DNA from: Octopus bimaculoides
Lineage: Eukaryota
Length of the DNA: 64,000 bases
Direction of reading: 5' to 3'
Assembly (NCBI RefSeq): GCF_001194135.2
Contig: NC_068981.1
Coordinates: forward strand, 172,993,333 to 173,057,332
Shown: positions 12,901 to 26,100 of the stretch, piece after piece
Layout of the letters: each line of letters begins with the position of its first letter
Numbering within the stretch: position 1 is the stretch's first letter
Made by a program: the position numbers and the translations under genes
The notes under the pieces: model-generated
Told to the model about the DNA's origin: nothing
Seen by the model: only the letters and a program-made list of their open reading frames with translations
The model's database searches: none

Positions 12901-15900
12901 ATTCTTGATACAATGACAAGATGGTCTACAGCTGGAATATTCTTGATTATAAGTCTGCTTAATCAGAGCTAAACAATGACTAGGCTGACACTGCATAGCC
13001 AAGAACTTAATTTTCAAAATGCTTACGTAACACTAAATAAATATGGCTGGGTGTATAATCCACCCTACTGTACCTACAAAATCAAAAAGTGATTCCTTGA
13101 TTTACAATTCAAAGTTCAATTCCTCCCATTTGCAAATCTACCCAAAAGCGATTTTTGTTTTATTTACTTCACACACACACACACACACAAAAAAAAAACA
13201 GAAATAAGAACCAGTCCAGTGGAGCAGAGACATGCATGAAAGGACAGACAAGTTCTATATGATATACACTTACTTGATGTTTATATAATTCATTGGATTT
13301 GGATTCAAATAGAAACATACTGATGAGCTCTGAAAAAAAAAAAAAAAAATTTCAAAATCAAGATTGTCCTTTTACATTCTCTTGCCACACACACGCACGC
13401 ACACACGCACGCACGCACGCACACGCACACACACACACACACACACACTTTCTTCCTAATTATAGAAATTACATTGGCATTACTGGTGTTTATTTAATAT
13501 AGTTCATTTACTCTGTGAAAGTTAAGACCTCATATCAATCAGGTTCCTTCTTTACTTGCACCTGTCTGTGAGTCTTAACACTAAAAGTCAATTTTAAACT
13601 TTTGTTCATCTCCTTCTCAAACAGTTAATATCCTCTGTTAACATTTTCACCTGTGCTAATTGCAACACTGGAAAATGCTCAAATCATTTTCATGACACAC
13701 TTCAGAAAGCAAGACCATGAAAATAAATAGCAAAACAAAAGTAAATTCAAGGACTGTAATATATCAAACATGTCACCTATTTAGAATGAAGGAAAACTGA
13801 ATCCCTAGGCAAAGATTTTATAAGTTAAGCCAGATTATACAAATAGTAGCCAAAGGAATATTTTAAAACAATCACTGATATGAGCTTTGAAATTTGTTCT
13901 GATAATTAAGTATATAATTTGCCATCAGTCATTTGTTTCATGTCCATTTTTCCATGCAGGTATGAATTAAATGGATTACTTATTTGAGATAGTATTTTAC
14001 AGCCAGGTGGCCTTCCTGTCACCAGTTAACTGTTTTTCAAGTGAGGGATATTTTATGCTACTGGCCTTCAAAAGCACTGAACTACAGGGAATGTAAATAT
14101 GATCAAACTTTTTTTTGCTCAGCTGATCTCATGCAAAAATGCAAAATGTCGACATTCATGTAGACACAAACAGGCTTCCATCTATCAATTTCACTCAAAA
14201 GACATTGGTCAATCTAAAGCTATAATAGAAAAATATTTGTCCAAAATGACAAGCATTAAGATTGAACCCAAACCCATACAGTTACAAAGTAAACATAAAA
14301 TTGAAATAGGTTTCATTAGAAAATCCATCAGCTCAGTTGCTGATCATCTACAAACATCAAATTGACTTTATTAGAGTACTACTAACATCTGGGATAGAAC
14401 TGCTGCTATTTATATATAGCAAAGTGTCAAAGACTCACTAATACCCTACAATTACTAGCTCACAGATGTGCTGTTCTCTTGTCATCCTTACATTCATTAT
14501 CCACCACCAGCCCACCAGATTCTGCACTACTTTTACCAATCATATCACAAGAATTCCCCCTCTACCAAGGCTTCTCTACAAACTTTCACCAACAGAAGTT
14601 CAAATTGAACACAAACTACATGCATCTCATCAGTTTGTGAAGGGTTATTAAAGTCACACGTGCAATTCTTCTTACTAATCAATAATTTTATTTTTTTTAA
14701 ACAAGAACACTACTTACGGAGAAGCAATGATTGAGCTTGTGCTAAATTTTGAACACTAAAGGCAATCCATTTGTAAAAAATCAATATATCAAGGTAGCCA
14801 AAAATAGAGAGGAGGAAAATGACTTGTGGAATAAATTCACAAAATATGTTCAATGGTCTTGCAAAATATCTGAAACAAAAAAAAAAAATTGATTTAATCT
14901 TAATTCTCATCTATTCAAACTAGACTGGAAGCTACTTATTATGATCAGGGAAAATGTTAATAAATGCTTATTGTTATCAAGATTTGAATGCTATTTCTAA
15001 CAAATCAGGTGACCATATTGAGGCTCTCTTATTGGCAACCCTGGCAGAATAAAAATTTAATTTATTCATTCCAAGGAAATTCAACCTGGACTAAGATAAG
15101 CATAAGATAAGAATCCAAGTTGCAAAAAAAAGTTTATTATAGAAAAGTAACATGATCTGACTAGGTTGACTGGTACCATAACCTTTGAAGATCAATAAAG
15201 TTACTCTAATTAGCAATGCTTGATTTTTATAAACCAAACCCTTAATTACTGGTTGAAATATATCCCTTGACAATATGATTTATCACCATCACTGTGCAAA
15301 GCAGTTCGTAGTGACAAGCTAGGGACCACAATTTCTAATCACTGGGTAAACAGAATATTATTGTAGTCATATTTTTATTCTCATGGCAGAAAGTGGCTTA
15401 GATGTGAATTAACATAATTAAAGTTAATAAGACTATTATATATAGTTTATGACATCAATACAAAAAAATTTTTTTATGCAAATAGTTTAAGTTTTTTGCT
15501 CTGTCACTTACAGATTATTTATCAAACTGAGGAAAACACCAAACAGCATGTGAATAACAGCAATTACCACAGACATCTTCATTTTGTATGAATTTGTAAA
15601 TGACAGTTTGTTTTTAGTCATTTGCCAAATCTGAAAAACAAAACATTAACTTAATAATAATAATAATTTCTACTAAAGGCTCAAGGTCCGATATTTTTGG
15701 AGAGGGAACTAGTCGATTATATCGACCCCAGTACTTCACTGGTACTTAATTTATCAACCCTGAAAGGATGAAAGGCAAAGCCGATCTCTCATCCTTTCAA
15801 GGTCGATAAATTAAGTACCAGTGAAACACTGGGGTTGATGTAACTGACTTGTCCCCTTCCCCAAAATAATAATGATGATGATGATGATATCAAATTTTGG

Positions 15901-18900
15901 CACAAGGCCAGCAATTTCAGGGGAGGAGGTAAGTTGATTACATCGACCCTAGGGCTCAACGGGTACTTATTTTATCAACTCTGACAGGATGAAAGGCAAA
16001 GTCAATCCCAATGGCATTTGAACTCTAAATGTAAAGCCAGAAGAAATGCTGCTAAGCATTTTGTCCAATGCACTAAGAGTCCTTCCAGTTTGAGCCTTGA
16101 TAATAATAATCCTTTCTACTATAGGTACAACGCCTGAAATTTGTGGGGAGGGGTTAGTTGATTACATTGACTCCAGTGTTTCACTGGTACTTAATTTATT
16201 GACCTCGAAAGGATGAAAGGCAAAGTCAACCTCACCAGAATTTGAACTCAGAACATAAAGTCAGATGAAATGCCGGTAAGCAATTTGCCCAGTGTGCTAA
16301 TGATTTTGCTAGCACACCACCTTAAATAATAATAAGCTTATTGTATACAGAGCTCAGGTGCACTATTTATCAGGAAAAAAATTAAAGAGGCAACAGAAAA
16401 TTGCTATAAATCAAGTAAAGATAATGAGATAGAGATGATAGCCTAAAGTACAGGCATAATACACAGGATAAAAACAAAAAGACAGAAAAGTGAACAGCAA
16501 ATGAGCCATAAAGAAGAAAGTGTCCATAGGTACATCAGAAGTAATGTTGGTAAATTTCAGGAAGTTGACAGCTATCAACTAATGTGGGTAGCTTATTCCA
16601 TGCTTCAAAATTCTAACAACACTGATATTGTGTCTTGTGATATTGCGCCTTGTGATATTTCAAAATAACTACAGCAACCATAGTTAAGTTTACATTATAA
16701 AATACAAACATAGGGTTTACAAATTCAGAGAAAATACAGTATAAAAATATTGGATTTACAATTAAGAGCTTCCATCAATCTTCTTTTTTTTTAAATCTGA
16801 CTAGCTTCAGAAGATTCAAAAAATAACAAAAATGTCAGAAATAAAAAGAAATAACTCACAGGATCTAAACCAAATGGATAAGGCTCTCCTGTAGCAAATG
16901 TGTTATTTGGATCAAACTGGAGTAGAGTGTTCTGTGCCATTGTTGAATTACTGCACATAAAGAAAAAGAAAAACATTACTAGTGGTTTAAAAATATAGAG
17001 TTTGGACTCATTGAATTTTGTTAAAAGGTATATTATATCTTTAGGATCTGCAAAGGTTACAAAGAAACAAAGTGAATATTCACTGCTGGATGTGTAATAC
17101 TAATGTGCATGAATGACAAAGCACAAATGAGCCGAGAGAAAAAGTTGAACATAAAGTAAGCATAAGTGTGACTGTGTGGTAAGAAGCTTGCTTTCCAACA
17201 ACATGGCTCCAGGTCCAGTCCTACTGTGTGGCACCTTGGGCAAGTGTCTAATATAGCCTCAGGCCAACCAAAGCCTTGTTAGTGGATTTTGTTGGTGGAA
17301 ACTGAAAGAATCCAGTCGTGTGTGTGTCCATCCAACCACCACTTGACAACTAGTGCTGGTCTGTTTACATTCCTGTAACTTAGCTGTTCGGCAAAAGAGA
17401 CTGGTAAAATATGTACCAGGCTTAAAAAAATAAGTACTGGGGTAGATTCATTTGACTAAAAAATTATCTTGGGCAGTGCCCCAACATGGCCACAGTCTAA
17501 TGACTGGAACAAGATAACATTCAAGTGTAGCATATAAAAGAGAAGACTGCATTATATGGGCATGTGATGTTGGATCCTGTCAAATCTGTTCGACCCATGC
17601 CAAGCATGGAAAGCAGATATGAAGAGGAAGATAACAATATTCACTTACAGGAAATAACTCAAGTAAACCAATAGCAAGGAGTAAGATAAATGTATTGAAT
17701 GATGCAGGAGTGGCTGTGTGGTAAGTAGCTTGCTTACCAACCACATGGTTCTGGGTTCAATCCCACTGCGTGGCACCTTGGGCAAGTGTCTTCTACTATA
17801 GCCTTGGGCTGACCAAAGCCTTGTGAGTGGATTTGGTAGACGGAAACTGAAAGAAGCCAATCGTATATATGTGTGTGTGTGTGTGTGTTTGTCCCCACAA
17901 CATTGCTTGACAACCGATGCTGGTGTGTTTACGTCCCCGTAACTTAGCGGTTCGGCAAAAGAGACTGATAGAATAAGTACCAAAGAATAAGTCCTGGGGT
18001 TGATTTGCTCGACTATAGGCGGTGCTCCAGCATGGCTGCAGTCAAATGACTGAAGCAAGTAAAAGAGTAACCACATTGCTCAAGTTCAGTCACACTGCAG
18101 GGCACCTTGCACAATTGTCTTCTGCTATAGCCCCAGGCTGATCAAAGCCTTGTGAGTGGATTTGGTTGACGGAAACTGAAATAAGCCTGTTATATGAGTG
18201 TATGTGTATGTATGTTTGTGCCTCCTTGCCTTGAGCTCAATTGATAGTTGTATATGATTGTCACTGTCATACAAGCAGAGTCATTCATTTCCAATACACT
18301 GCAAGACTATATCTGTCCATGGGGAAATATTACCTTGCTTGGAAACAAGTGAGGGTTGGCAACAGGAAGATCTGCCTCAATAAACTCTGTCCAATCCATG
18401 TAAGCTTGGAAAAGTGGATGCTAAAATGATGATGTTGATAAATCCAAGAGAAAACTCACCTATATGAAGAATGCCAAGATGTACCAAATATATTGAAAGA
18501 TTTAGAATAGCAATCATTATAGATTAGTCCAGTGTACATAGCAAACAATCCCATCAACATTATAATGTAACGACCTCCAAAGAAGGTGTTGAATATCTGA
18601 AAGAAAGAAAAAACAAATATAAACAAAATAAGTTATATTTTGGCATTTAAATTAGCAAATGTCAAAGTCAGTCTCAAAGGATTATTGGCAAACTTGAAAT
18701 GATAACGTTTGCTTTTCTCATGACCAATTCTACCTAAGACATTCAAGAGTAGAAAGTGAAAAATAAACTTGTCTTCCACTATTGAAAAGTTATACAAAAA
18801 AACTTTACAGAGAAGTTTTAATCATTGTGTTATTGTATAATAAATATATCCCATAATAAAAATTAATATTTTAACAATCAATATTAAGAAGTAGCAAGGC

Positions 18901-21900
18901 AGCAACCTGGCAGAATTGTTAACACACCAGGCAAAATGCTTAGCAGCATTTCATCCATCTTTNNNNNNNNNNNNNNNNNNNNNNNNNNNNNNNNNNNNNN
19001 NNNNNNNNNNNNNNNNNNNNNNNNNNNNNNNNNNNNNNNNNNNNNNNNNNNNNNNNNNNNNNNNNNNNNNNNNNNNNNNNNNNNNNNNNNNNNNNNNNNN
19101 NNNNNNNNNNNNNNNNNNNNNNNNNNNNNNNNNNNNNNNNNNNNNNNNNNNNNNNNNNNNNNNNNNNNNNNNNNNNNNNNNNNNNNNNNNNNNNNNNNNN
19201 NNNNNNNNNNNNNNNNNNNNNNNNNNNNNNNNNNNNNNNNNNNNNNNNNNNNNNNNNNNNNNNNNNNNNNNNNNNNNNNNNNNNNNNNNNNNNNNNNNNN
19301 NNNNNNNNNNNNNNNNNNNNNNNNNNNNNNNNNNNNNNNNNNNNNNNNNNNNNNNNNNNNNNNNNNNNNNNNNNNNNNNNNNNNNNNNNNNNNNNNNNNN
19401 NNNNNNNNNNNNNNNNNNNNNNNNNNNNNNNNNNNNNNNNNNNNNNNNNNNNNNNNNNNNNNNNNNNNNNNNNNNNNNNNNNNNNNNNNNNNNNNNNNNN
19501 NNNNNNNNNNNNNNNNNNNNNNNNNNNNNNNNNNNNNNNNNNNNNNNNNNNNNNNNNNNNNNNNNNNNNNNNNNNNNNNNNNNNNNNNNNNNNNNNNNNN
19601 NNNNNNNNNNNNNNNNNNNNNNNNNNNNNNNNNNNNNNNNNNNNNNNNNNNNNNNNNNNNNNNNNNNNNNNNNNNNNNNNNNNNNNNNNNNNNNNNNNNN
19701 NNNNNNNNNNNNNNNNNNNNNNNNNNNNNNNNNNNNNNNNNNNNNNCCGAGTGCATAGCACGAATAAGGAAAGGATTGTAGTGGGCGCCTGAAACAAGAT
19801 GCGGCTATGGTAATTATTTTATCAACCCTAAAAGGTTGAAAGGCAAAAATCAACCCCAGCAGCACTTGAGCTCAGTACACAAAGAGGCAAGAAATGTCAC
19901 TAAGCATTTTGTCCAGCACAGTAATGATTTTGCCAGATCACCACCCTAATTTAATAATAGTTAAAATAGTTTTTACAATTCTCATATTAAGCATTTAATT
20001 TAAAATGGAGATGCTTGAAAAATATGCAAATTACAGACAAAGGAACAAAAGAAAAAAGAAATTTATCAAATAAACTACTATAAAAATAGAATATCTCACT
20101 TCGTTGTCACCTTTTCCAGACAATTTATTTTCTAAGAGAACCAGTGTCAGACCAAAGAGAAACAGAAGAAAACCATGACCAGTATCACCAAACATTACTC
20201 CAAACAAAAACGGAAAAGTGATCACAGTATACAGAGCTGCAAAGACAAAATATGTACAAAATAGTGAGCATACATGTATATAAGTCAAGGTGCCATCCTT
20301 AGAAAAACAACTCTCAATCAACACAACCTTATATCAAACACATTAAACAATACACACTAAAAAAAAAAAATATATTTAAAACTTTTATATACCTGATAAA
20401 ATTTGCTCATTTGATTATTAGTTACCATACCAATGTACACATACACACACTATCAACTAAGCCAAACTATAAACACTAAAACTGTTCTTTATTAGGTGGG
20501 TTTTTTTTCAAATAAATTAGAGTTTACAGAGACAAAAATAGTGATGATAAATTTCAAGGGACAAGTTTACCTAGCACATATTAAGGAAGAGAAGAAGGAG
20601 AGATGGAGAGAGAAAACAATGGGGTGGGAAAGGCAAAGTGATAAAAAAAAAAAGAAGAGAAAAATGGTGAAAAAAAACAGAAAAAAGTGTTGGAAGAAGG
20701 TCAAAAGGAAAAGAAATAAAAGAGAGACAACTAAAGAAAAAGGAAAAAAAGAAAGAAAAATTAAAAATACAGAAAAGGAGACAGAAGACCAAAAAATGAT
20801 TGAGGATGGGTTTAACTTTCCTAATGTAATAGTATCAAGAAAATATATTAAAGCAAGTCTGAAGCCTAGTTTCAAACTATTTTGAAACAAATAAGGATCC
20901 AGCAATAGGTTTAGCCCTTTAATTTTTAAACTAGTCATATCCAACCCAAATATTCTACATGTTTTATGTTCAAGATCTAGCCTCTTGCACCTACCCTACA
21001 AAGTCATTCTAAAAATAAAAGACAATCACATCATCCAAGTCTCGAAATTAGGAAATAATGTATCATTAATTCAAACAATGTATCATTAATTCAAAACAAT
21101 GTGAATAAATAAGTATTACATTTGACAGAATAATCCGAATGCTAAAGGATTCGAACTCATTCATTCAAGTACCCAAGTTTACTTACTAATTTTTCTTTTT
21201 TTATTATTAATTTTTATATTTTGTCACATTTGTTCTGGAAAAATGTGTTTTAGATTACCTGGATTCACTTCTCCATAATCTGCAATACCATATGCATCAA
21301 CAATTGCTTGAAAACCACTGGTGAATTTATTGTTTTGTATGTAGGTTGGAGGGTTCTCAATTGTTTGCATTCGATGCAAAATATTTGGAGCATGACTACT
21401 GCTTACTTCCTATTGAAAACAAAAATTCAAAAATAAACTCACAATTTTAATATCTAAAAACAGACAGGAGTAAAGTATAAAAATAATTATTTCTATTCTT
21501 AGTTTCAAAAATTAAAATTTCTTTTAAAAATAAATATATTTTTCCTTTCCAAATTTCTAGCAAGCTGCACGAAGACCTCACTAGTACTAGTGGCACTAGA
21601 TAAAACACCCAGAACTTGCAGTAGTTGGCATTGAGAACATCCAATCATAGAAACTATGTCAAAGTAGACAGTGGAGCACAACACATTCCTTGATGAAGAT
21701 GTTGCATATTGGCATGGACGTGTTGGATTCTGTCAAACCATACAACCCATCATTTAACGTCCATTCTCCATGTTGGCATGGGCTGGAGAGTTTGACAAGA
21801 GTTGGCCAGTTGAAGTGCTGTCCGGACTCCATTTGCTTGTTTTGGCCTTCCTAGATGATGATACATGTCCCTTGTTTTCAAACCAATTTTCCATATTGGC

Positions 21901-23132
21901 ATAGGGTGGGCAGGTTTCATCACTTGACAATTTTTCGTCATCTGGCACATACAGTAACACAGAAAACCAGCCAAATTTGTTGTCTGAGTCAGATGCTGAG
22001 TCTCAAGGAGGAGATGACAAAGGATCAAGATGGTTGGCAATTTGTTATACTCAAGAAGATGCATCATCCATAACAGCATAAATGAAGTCCCCAAACCATC
22101 TTGGTTATGTTTGCTCGTGCAGGAGCCCTGTACCACCACCTTTCTACCTTGTCAAGCATTTCCCACAGTTTTTCCTTCACTTACNNNNNNNNNNNNNNNN
22201 NNNNNNNNNNNNNNNNNNNNNNNNNNNNNNNNNNNNNNCCCCCCCCCCATTCTTATCCCTTCCCCCATCCTCCAGTTATTTCTCCTCTCTCTCCCTTGCC
22301 ATACTTCATCTTAATACCTCTCATATCTGCTACTATTCCCAGTGCCCTCTCCTGTCTACCACCATGCCCACTGACCATACCACCCTTACGTACCTCTACA
22401 TCTCTCTCCCCACCACTCCTAGATGTCGCTCATCATGCCCATTTCCCAATCTATCATCCCTGAGCCACTCATCTCTCTCATCTGACTCCCTCCACCACCA
22501 CCATTGATATTACCAATATTTCCATTCAAACTGCTCCTCTACTCATAACTGCTTCACCCCTGATCTACTGTTGGTACACATGCCATTTAAGGGAGACTTT
22601 TCCCCCTTTTCTTGTTCTTTCCTGTCTTGCAAGTTACTCGGCAACCTCACTGGTGCCAGTGGTACAAAACAAAGCACCTAGTATCCATTGTAAAACAGTT
22701 GACACTAGGAAAGACATCCAGTCATAGAAACAGTGATACAGAGCCAAAGTTGATATGGAGCACTATGCAGCTCTATTGCTAATCAGATCCTGTCAAACCA
22801 TCAAACTCAATGATGATGATGATGATGAAATGAAGATGACAATGGTGGTGCTGGTGGCAGCGGTGATGATGATGATGATGCAGCAGCATTTTAACATCCA
22901 CTTTTCCATGCTTGCATGAATTAGATTAGTATGTTTAAATAGATTTTCTACAATCAGATGCTCTGCCTATCACCAACCCTTACCCGTTTCCAAGAAAGTT
23001 AATATTTCTCTTAGTCTTTTAAACTATGTTAGTACAATGGCTTGACATGTTTTCACAGAAGATTACAAACAAACAATCTTGCTTGCATAATAATAACATT
23101 TGTTCACAACTGATGTTAAAACAAAGAGACAA

Positions 23133-23172
<40 letters not shown>

Positions 23173-26100
23173 TTAAATTTATGAACTAATAATTTTGATA
23201 ATATTAATGGTAATATTACTTTGCCATGTTCTAAGGCAGCTTGAACTTTCTCTAAGGCAATCACTGGAGTCCAACCTTCAGCAATGAGACTGTTATGAGA
23301 AACATCAAAATTAAACATGTTCAAGGTGTGGTAGATTGCTTTGATCTTCTCCACTTTGGTCCGCCACACATAAAGCTCTTTCTTGGCATTTGTCAAAACA
23401 CGGATTCGATGCTCTTTAGTTTGTGCAAGAACCTGTAAATAAATTGATAAGTCTATATGTAGGTATACATGGAGGTGTCTTGTTTTTTGTGCATCTTTTT
23501 TATCATCATTATTCATAAGGATATGGGCTTTGCTTAACTCCATTACCATATTTCTGTGTTAATATATATGCCTTTGTTTCAATTAATTTTTAAAATCATG
23601 AAGAATTTAGTAAAATAACTTTGTTGTTATTAATCTAGTGTTTGGAACACAAATTAACAAGAAATTTTAATGGAAAATTATAATTTAGATCATTTTAAAA
23701 TAGGAAGTTTGTATCCTGGAAACAAGGACAACCTCAAGTAGATTGGTATCAAAAGGGGTAAAGTCATTAGTGATGAGATATCTTAGATCAGATATAAACC
23801 AATGAACTGATTTGATTGATCTGAAGTCGAAATAATAAGAGATTACTGGAATGAAAAAAGATAGGTGAAGGAAAATAGTTTTACAAGGCAGTCATTCTTG
23901 GAATGAAAGCTAGTATAGGGTTTGAGGAAAAATAATACAAGTGCCATTTTCACATAATTCTTGCTTCATAAAGATCTAAATTTCTTAATCTCATTACATG
24001 ATTTATAGCTAAAACATAGAACTATTTTAAAATGTGAGAATTTTAAATGCAAAAGAACAAATATACACAACTAATGCAGTAATTAACTATCTTTAATTAT
24101 AGAGTCAATATTATTTTAAACATACTTACAATATTTAAGTCTAGCAAACGATTTGTGACTCCCGTGAGAGTTTCTTGGCGATCTTGAGCAGTGTCAGGAC
24201 ATGGGTAAACATTGGCATGAAAACTGAAAGTAGAATAGTTTTACTTTAACATAATGCTTTCATAATGTCTGTAGCGAAAATATGATATTCATAGGAACAG
24301 CCATTGAGAGAAAATACATGTCTAATTCAGTGCCTAATGTTTCTTCAAATATAAATTCTACTAAGAGTCAACTAAGTGTCTTTTTCTATAGAGGATCAAG
24401 TATGTATCAAGAGAAAATTCAATCAAATAGCATCTCTTTGTGCCTAACTATAATGAAGTTCTTATAATCATTAGTTTTCCATTTATTTCTTCATGCTGAT
24501 CAGCAACAGGAGATTGAGACTACATCTACAAGTGATTAAAATCAATATATCTTTCCATTTAAGGCAGCTTTTATAAGAATGAATGTTTATTCGATGAAAG
24601 ACCCTCTGATTCAATTATATGTTATATAGATGGTAAAACACATGACTACTATCATTGCTGAGGGCTGTGGATGGAAGAATTAGTACACTCACTAGACAAC
24701 AGGTCTTGTGATATCCAGTTATATACTTTACCTTTTTACTTCTGGGGTTAGTAAAATAACCATCAAGTACTAAATTGAAGACATCCCTTTGCAAAAATCT
24801 GTTGGCTTGTGTCAAAATTAGAAATCTCCATTATCCTTATTCCCACATACATTAAATACTGTCCATTTGCCAAGTAGATATTTACCATTATAGAAAATAA
24901 AGGATAGTTATGATAATAAAATTTCTATTTCCATCTCCTGAATATTTTCTTTTACTGGGTTAATATTAAAAAAAAAAAAATCACTGAGCGTGTCAATGGC
25001 ATACTGGACCGCTGGCCAAAAGAGCCAGTTTATATCATGTTACTGTCAGTGTTTTGACCATGATCAACTTGCAAATGACTCAGTCTATCAAGCTGCAAGT
25101 TGGTACCATATGTGTGTAAAGCCCACCATGGTAAGAAGTACAATCATCAGTGTTTCATTAACATGCAATGCAAAGTTCAAATCATAGCATAGGTAAATCC
25201 AGAATACAGGAGTTCAACTAAGTTAATTTTCATCTAAATAACCTACATGAAGACAAAGCCTTTAGTAGTGCTTAACCACCCAAAGGTATATACAAACTGA
25301 TATAGAACAATAGGGTAAAGAAATTGAAGAGGAAGACTAAATAAATTTAATGCATCGCTAATAGAAATAAAAACATGGATTCATGTTTATACTTTTCATG
25401 CTCATATTTTTCCAGATCATTTTAATTTACATGATTTAGAAGAGGAAAGCAGTGCCTGTGATCTTTTTCAGAGCCGTCAAAATAGTGGAAAGAAGTTATC
25501 ATAAGACCAGAAACCTTGCCCAAATGGTTGCATTGAAATGTACTTGGCTAAAAGGCATCCAAGGGCTTGGAAAGGGTGTTAAACTTGATGACAGATTAAA
25601 TCTACCACCTAACAATAGGACTTCATACACTTTCTAACAAATCTCACTCACAAAGTTTTGGCAACCTGAGTCTATGATAAAAAAGCACATATCTAAGGTA
25701 CCATACAGAGATAGAAACTGAAACCACAGATTTACAAACTAAACTTTTTAATTACAAGGTCATGCTTACATTCCTCATATATTCCATGAGAGAATATCAC
25801 AAACATTTTCTAATAGGACTGTTAGAAAACTGCTATAAAATACTTAGTTTTTGCCATTAACAATAGCCCTCTCATGGGATATATCAAAGCAAATAGTTTT
25901 TGTATTATAAATTTTGTGAAGGAAGACTGGTTTCCTTTATGAATATGACAATCTATATTTGTACACACATACAATGGAGATCTAGTCAAGATCATTTTTG
26001 ATAATACTGTCTATATACATATAGGAAGATTCTATAAGCTCTAAAGTTGTAAAGAAGGAAAATGATAATAAATTTACTGATTTACCCTTCACAGATTTTA

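Noticed and set aside
18884-19865. Long ORFs of 200-300 aa in the track (also 42689-43315, 53776-54583, 60657-61038)
   Set aside because: They are mostly X from N gaps; only the flanking RT fragments are meaningful.
20496-20944. Lys/Arg-rich and Phe/Leu-rich ORFs
   Set aside because: Translations of an A/G-rich low-complexity intron tract; no domain or splice support.
21057-21102. 20-bp tandem duplication AATGTATCATTAATTCAAAC
   Set aside because: Ordinary local slippage with no further structure.
21401-21409. Donor-like GAA|GTAAGC three bases into coding exon 10 (possible 3-nt microexon)
   Set aside because: Using it would delete the conserved [13 protein letters not shown] block; the sequence is simply E-V-S codons.
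23019-23219. Read-through extension of coding exon 9 (ORF 23019..23549)
   Set aside because: The extension runs through a (GT)n microsatellite; the GTAATA donor restores the conserved junction to the next exon.
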